From NCBI GenBank assembly GCA_041661245.1, contig JBAZUY010000001.1:64491-128490 (forward strand): DNA of 64,000 nucleotides. Direction: 5' to 3'. Made by a program: the position numbers and the translations under genes. The DNA comes from an archaeon. GTDB lineage: Archaea; Iainarchaeota; Iainarchaeia; Iainarchaeales; JAAZKV01. Shown here one piece after another: positions 48,328-57,453 of the stretch (its first letter is position 1; every line of letters starts with the position of its first letter). The notes beneath the pieces were generated by a model that worked only from the letters and a program-made list of their open reading frames with translations, searched no databases and was not told the DNA's origin.

Positions 48328-48756
48328 ATGAAATATCCCTCAAAAGTAATTAAAATTTCTTACGGCAAAGCACTAGTTGCAACAAAAGATTTACCTGCAG
48401 GGACAGTTGTTCAAAAATTTGAAGGAGAAATAATGACTTACAAAGAAGTTCCCGAGGATATGGTTTGCCATGCGATTTGCGTTGGAGAAGAAAACGAGGA
48501 TAAATGGGTTGTTTCAAAAACAGATGCAATTTATGCCAATCATGCATGCGAACCAAACTGCGAAGTTGGGGATGATTTAAACATCATAACCATAAAAGAA
48601 GTAAAAAAAGACGAAGAACTAACATTTGTTTACAATGAACTTAGTCCTGAAGAACGAGAAGCAGAGTTCTTGTGGGATAAAAAATGGGACTTTGAATGCA
48701 AATGCGGCAGTAAAAACTGCCAAGGAAACATTAACAAATACGTAAAAAGAAAATAA
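48328..48756 (+). CDS. SET-domain protein-lysine methyltransferase with post-SET Cys motif
   Basis: GKALVATKDLPAGTVV, YANHACEPNCEV, DEELTFVYN, CKCGSKNCQG. Confidence 0.85.
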   Translation: MKYPSKVIKISYGKALVATKDLPAGTVVQKFEGEIMTYKEVPEDMVCHAICVGEENEDKWVVSKTDAIYANHACEPNCEVGDDLNIITIKEVKKDEELTFVYNELSPEEREAEFLWDKKWDFECKCGSKNCQGNINKYVKRK

Positions 48757-48917
48757 CTTTGTTAGATATATCAAACGCTATTTCTTTCACAAAAATATAA
48801 GAAAAAGCGCTGAGGCCGAGCGCAGGTTAAAACAACCTGTAGCACAGCTTCGAGGGAAGAACGACGTTTTGCGAGGTTTAAACATGCCCTAAGAATAATA
48901 CTCTCTTTGTCATATAT

Positions 48918-49262
48918 TTAATTGCTTCCTTTAACAAAATTTACTCCATCAAGAATCATTTTTGTTTTTCCAGTATCATCATAAGGCGACTTGTCTATTC
49001 TAAACTTTTTACCGATACCAACAAATTCAATGGACAAATTTCCATCAGCAATGACTACTTGCCCCCCAGAAACTTTTAAGGATGCAATTCCAGAATAACC
49101 ATCGTAACTTCCCGAACCATCTTCATGTATTGTTAAATACTGCCCGTCAGAAGAAGCCCAAACACCAGCATACTCCTTCAAATCATCTGTTAAAGGTTTA
49201 TATTCAATACATCCAATCGATAAACTTAGCAATATAATTAATACAAGAACTGCTATTTTCAT
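48918..49262 (-). CDS. Small secreted protein with lipobox-like signal
   Basis: MKIAVLVLIILLSLSIGC, then a beta-rich domain. Confidence 0.5.
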   Translation of the reverse strand: MKIAVLVLIILLSLSIGCIEYKPLTDDLKEYAGVWASSDGQYLTIHEDGSGSYDGYSGIASLKVSGGQVVIADGNLSIEFVGIGKKFRIDKSPYDDTGKTKMILDGVNFVKGSN

Positions 49263-49290
49263 TTAAACCACATTCCCCTAACTTATTCAT

Positions 49291-50322
49291 TTACTTTGAA
49301 CAAAAAGGCATCCCAAAACTTTTATTAACAATCTGCCCACACAAATTTGTGTCATTTAAATTATAAGCTATATTACCATAACACATATCCCTAGTATCAC
49401 TATGTTCATTAGTTATTTTTTGGCAAATACTTGGATCCAGTTTTGTTTGAGCATACATATCGTAACATTCAAAATCAGTAGCCACACTTTTACACGGCTC
49501 AGGGTATATACACCAAGTTTCATTACGCATTTTTTCGCACAAAACAGTATTTGATTGTTTTATGGCTAAAGAAATTATGCAGTTATAATTATGAACCATA
49601 AGATCTTCAATTTGCTCACACTCCAAAATATTATTATCAAAAACAGCCGAACATGCTTGTTGTGAATCTTTATCAGTATATAGCTGGCACATAGCTTGAT
49701 CCAGTTCGCTTTTACCAACCAAACTATTTCTCAAGAAACTGTCGAGGCAATTTTTATGCAATATTTTTTCTTCTATTTTTGAGCACAATTCGAAAGAAGA
49801 CGTTGATTTTGCAATATTATCAAAACATAAATCCATACTTATTTGTTCAATCGAAGAAATTCCAGAATCTAAATCCATTGCAGAACACAAACTAGAATCT
49901 TTTTTTGCCACAGCAACCTTAAACAAACAAGTATTTCGCATACTTGGAGAAAGAACCTTATCACAATTATTTTCCAGTTTAGATAAAGAGAGTTGATAAT
50001 AACAATAATCACTTGATTTTGGGTTTTCTGTTATTGAGCTGCATAACTCAAGATTATTTGAATCAACCGCCACTCTTGCAATACAATTAGTTGAGTCGTT
50101 ATAAACTTTAGAACACAAAGAAACATCTTTGTTCTTAACAGCCAAGTAAGAATAGCACTCATCCTTAGTGTGTTTTTCATCTAAACCAGCAAAATCGGGT
50201 AATTGCTCACATTGAGCCACATTTAACGGTGGCCAAATCTTTACGCTACAACCAAATAGAAACAAACTTGCAACAACACAAACAACTACAAATAAAAGAT
50301 ACTTCGACTTAACCATGCTCAA
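49291..50322 (-). CDS. Secreted cysteine-rich repeat protein with lipobox-like signal
   Basis: The signal ends LFLFGC. There are at least 8 repeats of roughly 30-35 aa with paired Cys (for example C.Y..LA......LCS.I). Confidence 0.55.
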   Translation of the reverse strand: MSMVKSKYLLFVVVCVVASLFLFGCSVKIWPPLNVAQCEQLPDFAGLDEKHTKDECYSYLAVKNKDVSLCSKVYNDSTNCIARVAVDSNNLELCSSITENPKSSDYCYYQLSLSKLENNCDKVLSPSMRNTCLFKVAVAKKDSSLCSAMDLDSGISSIEQISMDLCFDNIAKSTSSFELCSKIEEKILHKNCLDSFLRNSLVGKSELDQAMCQLYTDKDSQQACSAVFDNNILECEQIEDLMVHNYNCIISLAIKQSNTVLCEKMRNETWCIYPEPCKSVATDFECYDMYAQTKLDPSICQKITNEHSDTRDMCYGNIAYNLNDTNLCGQIVNKSFGMPFCSK

Positions 50323-50402
50323 ATAAAAGTCTTTGTTATTTAAATAACTAACTAAGTGGTTTCAGAATAAATAATAAACCCATAAAGATATTCTTTTTAA
50401 TA

Positions 50403-50486
50403 CGCTGAGGACGAGATTTGAACTCGCGCTCCCTTTCGGGAAATGGATTAGCAATCCATCGCATTGGGCCGCTCTGCCACCTCAGC
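50403..50486 (-). tRNA. tRNA-Ser (anticodon GCT), type II with long variable arm, no encoded CCA
   Basis: Reverse complement is GCTGAGG...ATGGA-TTGCTAA-TCCAT...TTCCCGAAAGGGA variable hairpin...GAGTTCAAATCTC...CCTCAGC-G. Confidence 0.9.
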
Positions 50487-50605
50487 TGAATCTTTTTAAA
50501 ATACAAGTAACTGCTTTGCAGCAACTTAGAACTAAAGAATTTTCCAAGTAAAAGTATTAAAAAGCATGGCTGGAAGGTAAAATAACAAGTAAATATTTAA
50601 CTAAA

Positions 50606-53600
50606 TTATTGCCCCTCTATTGAAATAACTTTTGAAATTATTGGGCAAGTGAATGATTCAAACTCTCCGGGAGAAAGTTTCTTGTTGATATAGTAAGCTA
50701 TGTCTTGAGTAGGATCCATCGTGAACTCAATGTAATGTCCTTGAATAAGTCTAAATGGAATCATGGAATCTATTTCTGAAGAGGACAAATTCAAAGAATC
50801 AGGTAATTTTTCAATAATTTTCACTGATCGAGTTCCTTTTTTGAACGCTTTCATTACAACAACGTTCATTTTTGTTTTTGACTCAAGTACAAGAGTGGAA
50901 CGCACAAATGAAACATTTTGATTCAAAACTTTTGCTTCCTCTACCCCCATAGAACCCAAAACTGAAGAAAAAGTTTCAACAACTGCAGGAGTTGGTTTTT
51001 GTACTGCTTTGCTTGGAGAGGAAGAACTTTGAGGAGAAATTTGGGCAGGAGGAATAATGCTTTTTGCAACACCAACAGGAGGAACTGGGGGCAACACAGG
51101 TTTTGAAGGAACAGGATTTTGAGCAGGTTTTGCAAGCGAAGGATTTAATGGAGAAGGTTTCAGTTTCTTTGCAACCAAAACAAATGCCCCCACTAAAACA
51201 ACACAAAAAATTATTACAACCACTGAAATTATTAGAAGTAAATTACCCGTGTTTGCTGCAGTTTTCAAATCGGAAGGAGGAGAATTTTTGTCAACAAGAG
51301 GAATTGCTTTAGAAGTATTTGTGTCCTTAGGAACAACTGGTTTTTGATCAAAAAGTATTTTTGAAACAACAGGTGAATTAAAGTCACTGATTTTATTCAC
51401 ATCAATTTTTTGGTCAACAAAATAAGTAATACTATCTTTTGGAGAAATAGTGAACTCAATTACTGGATCTCTTTGCCTTACAACAAACTTCAACGGAGAA
51501 CTAATCAAATTAGCATCAATTGCAACACTCTTTGGAACAAACTCCACAACAGTAACTTCTTTTACATTTTTGTCAACAAATGAAAAATTAACCGTAACAA
51601 GAGTCCTTTCTTTTTTAACTCCATTAGAATCCCAAATTTCTAAATTAGAAAGTACTCTGGAGGAAGAAAATGAATTTGCAGTTTGGGAAACAACACTTAT
51701 TTCTACAGGAGTTAAAAGCTGCTGAATGAAAGTATTTTCCTTTACTCCAACAGGATATTGAATAATATTTTTAGCGGTCTCCTCAGTTACACTTCGCTTT
51801 GGTTCAATTAAACCCCCTCCCCCGCCTCCACCAGTATACCCTCCAACAGCAGTTGATGGAGAAGACACTCCGATTGAAAACTCCATATTATTATCTAACG
51901 CATAATCATTTTGGAAAGACCCAATAGAAACTGTAAAAGATTTCATTCCAGTAGAAGTAAGTTTTTGAGTATGCACGGAATAAATTGCACTTGAGTTCTG
52001 GGCTAAAACAACAGAAACCGAATCAAGCACCCCACCTAACGCAAGGCTCTCAAGAACAAGATTAGTACTTATTGCAGGCCCCAAATTTTCAACATTAACA
52101 TCAATCGGCTGGTTTGAATCAAGTAACGCAGGAGAATCAAAAAGTACCGCGGCAACTCTTACAGCATTACCATCAATAGTTATTGAAGAAAAATAATTAT
52201 TATCAAGCGAATTATAATCATTCGAAACAGGCTCTAAACTTGCAATTAACTCGTGAACACCGACTGTCGAAATACTTTTTGTAAAAGAAACATTTCTCAA
52301 ATTAACATCAGTACTAAACACCGCAATATTAGAGTCAACTACTGCCCCATCAACAAAAAGCAAAACATTCAAATCTTTATTAAGATCAACTCCAAAATTC
52401 CTTACATTAACATCCACCCGAAAAGGAGTATTTTTTAGAGCGTGATTTACATCGTACAGAGGCAAGAGACGAGAATAAGAAAAAGAAACTAGTTTAACAT
52501 TATTCCCATCAATAGCCACATACCTAAACGAAGAATTATTATCATTTACATTATAGTCAAAAGAATTCGGAAGCACTACAAAGTTGAAATCTGAATTATA
52601 ATCCAAAATAGTTCTTGAAAAACTAATTATTTTACTTTCCCCAGGAATAAAACTACTCAAGTTTGAGTCAATAATATTTTCATCCAAATACATCAGAGTA
52701 TTCAAATCAACTGTTTGAGTACCCGCATTCAAAACATTAACATCAAAAGTAACTAAATTCCCCAAATATGCAGAAGTGGATTCAATTGATGGCACAATAG
52801 AAACAAGTTTTGAATCAACTAGCTCAACTATAAAATTAAAATCAAACTGATTATCATTCTGTATTAATTCATTAACAAGAGGAAGAACGCCTACAGAAAG
52901 ATTCAATTCAGAATACACTCCAGCAGGCAAAACAAAGTCAAAGACTGCACGTCTAATGGAGTTTGAATCAATAAACAATACATTGGAATCAACAACAACT
53001 CCGTTAAGATATAATAAAACATTTACATCCTTGCTTGTGCCCAAAATATTTTGTATATTTGCATCAGCATAAATTACTTGATCTGTACTCTTCGAGTAAA
53101 CTTCCCCCAAAGCAGAACCATCTAATGTAATTAATCTCGCGCCAAGAACAGCAACATTATTTCCATCAACTGAAAGAGAAAAGGACAAATTATTATCTTC
53201 AGGCCAATAATCTATTAGAGGCGAAGATAAACTCAATAACAAATTTTTATCACCCGCTGAATCAAACACTGTGTTGAGCCGATATGTGCTATTTGAGAAC
53301 GCAGGCAGAGAGAAAGTATTTTGACCCCCCAACTTAACAGAACCATTAAACAAAGTTAAGTTAAAATCCTGAGTCAAATTTGTATCATTAGTTAAATTCA
53401 CATCAAAGAAAAAGTTTTCATCAACTAACGCAAGAGAACTTTTTTTGGAAACGGAATCAATTCTGGAGTTAAATGGTTTTCCTGAAAAGGATAACGCAAA
53501 GTTCTCATCAGTAAATCCATTCGCAAAAGGACTAACTTGGGAAGAAACTCTTACCGCATAAACTCCACTCAAAGGAGCCCTAACTTGTTCAACATTATCA

Positions 53601-55093
53601 ATTAATGAAACAGAGGAAGAAACAACTAAACCGTTTCTGTCAAGCAAATTCAAATCAAGATTTGTTAAAGAAGAACATACCGCACTAATATCACAAAACC
53701 TGTCCCACACCAAAGATACTTTTTCATTTGCGTCCAAATAGGAATAAAATATTAAAGAATTATTTTTGTCAATTGATTTGAAAAGAGTTTTATTACCATC
53801 AATAAATGCTTTATTTAAATCCAAATACCCCCAACCAGAGTACTTATCCCACCCTTGAGCATTAATATCCGTGGCACTATTAATCAAAAGCGCTTTTGAC
53901 TCAAGCCAATTTAAATTAAACCCATCAGTGACTAAAGCAACTGCCCCCGTAACATGCGGCGCAGCCATACTTGTGCCCCCCATTGTTGCAGAAGAGGAAT
54001 TACTAAGAAAATACGCGGAAGCAATTGGATTTCCAGGAGCAGCAATATCTGGTTTTTTTCTTCCATCAAAAGTTGGACCCCTGCTTGAAAAAGAAGAAAT
54101 AGAATCATCCGCTCTTGTAACACTACTATTTGTGTCCATGGACGCAACAGCAATTACATTATAAGTGTCTGAAGGAATTGCAAGAGAGTTTCCATCATCC
54201 AAACAAGCATAATCTGATCCTCCAGGGCCACTATTTCCTGCCGCAAAAACTAATACTTTTTTATAAAAAACAGCTAACGCATCAACGTACCTGGATTCTC
54301 CGGAGTTCCCATCCGATACTGCAAAACCCCCACAATTTTCATTAGGTGTACCCCAAGAACTATTTGCAACATCCGCAGGATAGTTTCGATCCAAGGCAAA
54401 ACAATTTTGAAGATTATCAAGCAAACAATCAACGTCGGGATTTTCAGTAAACCCTTTTCCGTTAATTAAGTGAGTTGTCCCATAGGATACTCCGTGAGAA
54501 ATTAATCCAAAAGCATTCCCCGTCGCAATTCCTGCAACATGAGTACCATGCCCATCAAAATCCGCAGACCCGTAAATATTACAATCAAGATTCTCAATTG
54601 TTTTTCCAGAAAATGCAAAATGCGTAGTTCGTATTCCAGTATCAATAATACAAACACTTGAAGTTGAACCTGTTAAGGAGTTATTATAAAAAGTTGAAGC
54701 ATTAGTTGAAGGAACAGAATATTCTAAGAAAGGAATTGCATGATTAATTGAAAACCCACTTACGGAATCACTCAAAATTAAGTTTACTGCATTACTTTTT
54801 GTTGTAGTAACACTATACAATTTACCGCCAAGAAGTTTATTTGCCCATCCTACGCCGCCCAAAAATTGTTCAACCGAACCAGACCCGCTTGATTCAACAA
54901 GAAAGGAAACTAATTCATCAGAAGAAGGAGAAGAAGCAATTGCTAGCGAGCTCATGGATTTATTTTGCACAGGAACTAAGGAATAATAACCCTTTTTTTC
55001 TTGAGGAGTCATGTTTTCAATTGAAACCGAAAAGGCAAATCCAGAGAAGAACAAAATAGAGAATATTATTAATCCAATAAGAGCAGTTCTCAT
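50606..55093 (-). CDS. Giant membrane-anchored S8 subtilisin-like protease with multiple CARDB-like repeat domains
   Basis: N-terminal signal; catalytic IIDTGI, DGHGTHVAG, GGTSMAAPHVTG. Repeated about 100-aa modules carry V(L/V)L(Y/F)(L/V)(N/D)G..VDSN. Then a GGGGGGG tract, a TM helix, a Pro-rich linker and a C-terminal domain. Confidence 0.85.
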   Translation of the reverse strand: MRTALIGLIIFSILFFSGFAFSVSIENMTPQEKKGYYSLVPVQNKSMSSLAIASSPSSDELVSFLVESSGSGSVEQFLGGVGWANKLLGGKLYSVTTTKSNAVNLILSDSVSGFSINHAIPFLEYSVPSTNASTFYNNSLTGSTSSVCIIDTGIRTTHFAFSGKTIENLDCNIYGSADFDGHGTHVAGIATGNAFGLISHGVSYGTTHLINGKGFTENPDVDCLLDNLQNCFALDRNYPADVANSSWGTPNENCGGFAVSDGNSGESRYVDALAVFYKKVLVFAAGNSGPGGSDYACLDDGNSLAIPSDTYNVIAVASMDTNSSVTRADDSISSFSSRGPTFDGRKKPDIAAPGNPIASAYFLSNSSSATMGGTSMAAPHVTGAVALVTDGFNLNWLESKALLINSATDINAQGWDKYSGWGYLDLNKAFIDGNKTLFKSIDKNNSLIFYSYLDANEKVSLVWDRFCDISAVCSSLTNLDLNLLDRNGLVVSSSVSLIDNVEQVRAPLSGVYAVRVSSQVSPFANGFTDENFALSFSGKPFNSRIDSVSKKSSLALVDENFFFDVNLTNDTNLTQDFNLTLFNGSVKLGGQNTFSLPAFSNSTYRLNTVFDSAGDKNLLLSLSSPLIDYWPEDNNLSFSLSVDGNNVAVLGARLITLDGSALGEVYSKSTDQVIYADANIQNILGTSKDVNVLLYLNGVVVDSNVLFIDSNSIRRAVFDFVLPAGVYSELNLSVGVLPLVNELIQNDNQFDFNFIVELVDSKLVSIVPSIESTSAYLGNLVTFDVNVLNAGTQTVDLNTLMYLDENIIDSNLSSFIPGESKIISFSRTILDYNSDFNFVVLPNSFDYNVNDNNSSFRYVAIDGNNVKLVSFSYSRLLPLYDVNHALKNTPFRVDVNVRNFGVDLNKDLNVLLFVDGAVVDSNIAVFSTDVNLRNVSFTKSISTVGVHELIASLEPVSNDYNSLDNNYFSSITIDGNAVRVAAVLFDSPALLDSNQPIDVNVENLGPAISTNLVLESLALGGVLDSVSVVLAQNSSAIYSVHTQKLTSTGMKSFTVSIGSFQNDYALDNNMEFSIGVSSPSTAVGGYTGGGGGGGLIEPKRSVTEETAKNIIQYPVGVKENTFIQQLLTPVEISVVSQTANSFSSSRVLSNLEIWDSNGVKKERTLVTVNFSFVDKNVKEVTVVEFVPKSVAIDANLISSPLKFVVRQRDPVIEFTISPKDSITYFVDQKIDVNKISDFNSPVVSKILFDQKPVVPKDTNTSKAIPLVDKNSPPSDLKTAANTGNLLLIISVVVIIFCVVLVGAFVLVAKKLKPSPLNPSLAKPAQNPVPSKPVLPPVPPVGVAKSIIPPAQISPQSSSSPSKAVQKPTPAVVETFSSVLGSMGVEEAKVLNQNVSFVRSTLVLESKTKMNVVVMKAFKKGTRSVKIIEKLPDSLNLSSSEIDSMIPFRLIQGHYIEFTMDPTQDIAYYINKKLSPGEFESFTCPIISKVISIEGQ

Positions 55094-55200
55094 GCTTATT
55101 ATTTGGTTAAAAGCCTTATTAAACTTTTTACCCCAACAAGCGAATCATTAAAAATCTAGTTTTTATACTAATTGTGTAGAAAATACAGTATTGATTGATT

Positions 55201-56841
55201 ATGTTTTGGGACAAAGTAAACAATTATTCAAAGCCATTACGGCTCTCAATACTTGAAGGAATGTTTGCTTCACTAATGTTTGGTGGAGGAATGATCTTTA
55301 TTGTTCCTTTTGCAGTATATTTAGGCGCAAATAGTTTTGAAATTGGATTAATTGCAGCACTCCCAGCACTTCTCGCTGCATGGTTTCAATTAGGCACTCT
55401 TGAATTTCTCAAAGTATTCAAAAATAGAAAAAACACAATTATTCCCGCGGTATTTCTTCAATCAATAAGTTGGTTACTAATCGCATTAATTCCATTCATC
55501 TTTCCAACAGACCAAATATTTTGGCTCATCGTAATAACCACCATCGGAACATTAGCTGGATCAATTGGCACTCCTTTGTGGCAAAGCTGGATGAGAAGTT
55601 TAACAGCAACTGAACTAATTGGAGAATATTTTGGAATAAGAAATGCTATCACTGGTGCGATTGTTTTTCTTACAATGCTAGGTTGCGGTTTATTGCTAAA
55701 ATTATTTGAACCAAGTCTGACTTTGTATGCATTTGTTGCAATATTTTTGATTTCATTTATTGGAAGACTTGCATCGTCCATTACTTTCACAAAAATGGAA
55801 GACCCTTGCTGCGAAATAGATGGCACTGAAAAAATATGGCTATTTGATTTCATTAAAGAACTAAGAACAAATAATTTTGGATACTTTGTACTTTTTGGAA
55901 CACTAATGACATTTGCAATATCTTTAGTCGGACCATTCTTTTCACTTTACTTACTGGATAACTTAGCACTGAAATTTGATTATTTTACATACACGATAAT
56001 CATTTGCTCTTCGGCAGTGGCTTCACTAATCTCTATGCCCTATTGGGGAAAAATTATTGACAAATATGGGACTATTAAAACCCTGAAAGCAACTGGACTC
56101 CTTGCAAGCATTTATCCATTAGCACTAATACTAATACATGACCCTTTAGGTTTAACTATTGCGGAATTTTTAAGTGGAATAATATTCAGCGGATTCAATC
56201 TTTGTTTAGCAAGTTTCATTTATGAATCATTCAAAGCAGAAAAAATCATAAAATACGCGAGTTACCAAGCAGCGCTATTTGGAACCGCAACATTTTTTGG
56301 AATAATGCTTAGCGGGTACGTACAAACATTTAACGTTTCTTTTCCAATACTTACAAACACATTTTACATTATCTGCCTTGTGGCAGTTGTGCTAAGACTA
56401 ACTATTTACTCCGCACTCGTTAACAAAATTAAAGATGTTCGTGAAACAAAGCCAATCCAAGAGGACCAGCTCGTTATTGGAGTACTAACATTTGAACCAG
56501 TAAGAGAAACACTATACACAAGTGCATCATTATTATTAGCTACTACTGAACGAGAATTTAATACTACAATTAGAACAATGGAAATCATCAAGGACAAAGG
56601 CGGAAAAGAATTGAAAGAAGGCGCAATTATTGTTGGCAGAATAGGAGTTAATGGGACAAGAAGGATTGTTAAAACTGCAAAACAAGCTGAAGAATTCGCA
56701 GTAGGCGAAATAGAACGAGTAGAAGATATTACACTCACAGGACTTGAAAAAGCTGAAGAAATTACTGTTAAAGGATTAAAGAAAGCAAAGAACCGAATCA
56801 TTAGAGAAAAAGAAAAAAGAAGAGCAAAAGGATTTATCTAA
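55201..56841 (+). CDS. MFS-type transporter with about 130-aa soluble C-terminal extension
   Basis: About 12 TM helices and PYWGKIIDKYG (motif-A-like loop); charged C-terminal tail. Confidence 0.55.
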   Translation: MFWDKVNNYSKPLRLSILEGMFASLMFGGGMIFIVPFAVYLGANSFEIGLIAALPALLAAWFQLGTLEFLKVFKNRKNTIIPAVFLQSISWLLIALIPFIFPTDQIFWLIVITTIGTLAGSIGTPLWQSWMRSLTATELIGEYFGIRNAITGAIVFLTMLGCGLLLKLFEPSLTLYAFVAIFLISFIGRLASSITFTKMEDPCCEIDGTEKIWLFDFIKELRTNNFGYFVLFGTLMTFAISLVGPFFSLYLLDNLALKFDYFTYTIIICSSAVASLISMPYWGKIIDKYGTIKTLKATGLLASIYPLALILIHDPLGLTIAEFLSGIIFSGFNLCLASFIYESFKAEKIIKYASYQAALFGTATFFGIMLSGYVQTFNVSFPILTNTFYIICLVAVVLRLTIYSALVNKIKDVRETKPIQEDQLVIGVLTFEPVRETLYTSASLLLATTEREFNTTIRTMEIIKDKGGKELKEGAIIVGRIGVNGTRRIVKTAKQAEEFAVGEIERVEDITLTGLEKAEEITVKGLKKAKNRIIREKEKRRAKGFI

Positions 56842-56935
56842 TCCTTTTACAAGCAAAAGGATTTATCTAATCCTTTTACAAGCAAAAGGACATAGCAATC
56901 CTTTTACAAGCAAAAGGATTTATCTAACCCTTTTT
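56823..56935. repeat. Tandem 28-29-nt repeat (about 3.8 copies), each copy a hairpin
   Basis: The unit agcaaaaggatttatctaatccttttaca starts at 56823, 56852, 56881 (variant loop cataGCa) and 56909. The first copy contains the last codons and stop of the MFS gene. Confidence 0.85.
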
Positions 56936-56974
56936 AAAAACTAAAACTAATTAGAAACTAATTTGTCAAAAACT

Positions 56975-57367
56975 TTATCTTGGCAAGAAAGTTAATTTCA
57001 AAGTGAACCCTTGACCAGCAATCGCTTTAACAACAGTTCCTGAAATTGGTTTTCTTCCTTCAGTAAAAACATGCAAAGAACCCCAAAGGTCTCCCCCACC
57101 CAACTTGAAGTGGCCAGAAGCACGCATTATTTTAGTATTAGCAAAATCAATTTTCTTAAACTTACTTCCTTCCATTGCATTAACTGTTCCTGAAGTAAGT
57201 ACTCCATCAACATCAACAACATCACATTCAGAAATATTATTCATTTCCATTCCTTGTTTAATGCAAGAAACAATATTGTCCCCCTCATCAAATGACAAAG
57301 TCAAGAACTGTTTCTTGATTGGCTCCTTAATTACTATTGAATCAATACTTTTTGGCATAAACATCAC
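56975..57367 (-). CDS. PPC/DUF296-like domain protein (tentative)
   Basis: About 130 aa. The layout ...GVLTSGTV...ASGHFKLGGGDLWGSLHVF... resembles DUF296. Confidence 0.4.
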   Translation of the reverse strand: MMFMPKSIDSIVIKEPIKKQFLTLSFDEGDNIVSCIKQGMEMNNISECDVVDVDGVLTSGTVNAMEGSKFKKIDFANTKIMRASGHFKLGGGDLWGSLHVFTEGRKPISGTVVKAIAGQGFTLKLTFLPR

Positions 57368-57453
57368 CGATTTCTACTTACGTATACTCTTGCACATAGT
57401 GAAACACAATCGATTTTTAAGGATTGGGTTTGAAGAAAAAGCGAGTCAAGACA

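Noticed and set aside
48805-48892. Third tRNA or intron-containing tRNA
   Set aside because: I could not build an acceptor stem or a T arm (no GTTCRA-type loop with a pairing stem) on either strand.
44900-50600. tRNA-flanked region (tRNA-Leu to tRNA-Ser) as an integrated mobile element
   Set aside because: No integrase, transposase or direct repeat of a tRNA 3' end was found. The idea is unsupported, although the gene content is accessory-like.
51790-51850. C/G-rich tract (ccccctcccccgcctccacc) as a slipped-strand phase-variation site in the protease gene
   Set aside because: It is not a pure homopolymer. It encodes the in-frame GGGGGGG linker, and there is no evidence of frameshifting.
55458-56801. 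Two 131-aa minus-strand ORFs within the MFS gene
   Set aside because: Antisense to a long ORF with a coherent 12-helix membrane pattern; no independent signals.
56823-56935. Possible mini-CRISPR array
   Set aside because: The 28-29-nt units are directly abutting with no spacers, and no cas genes are nearby. Interpreted as a tandem hairpin repeat.
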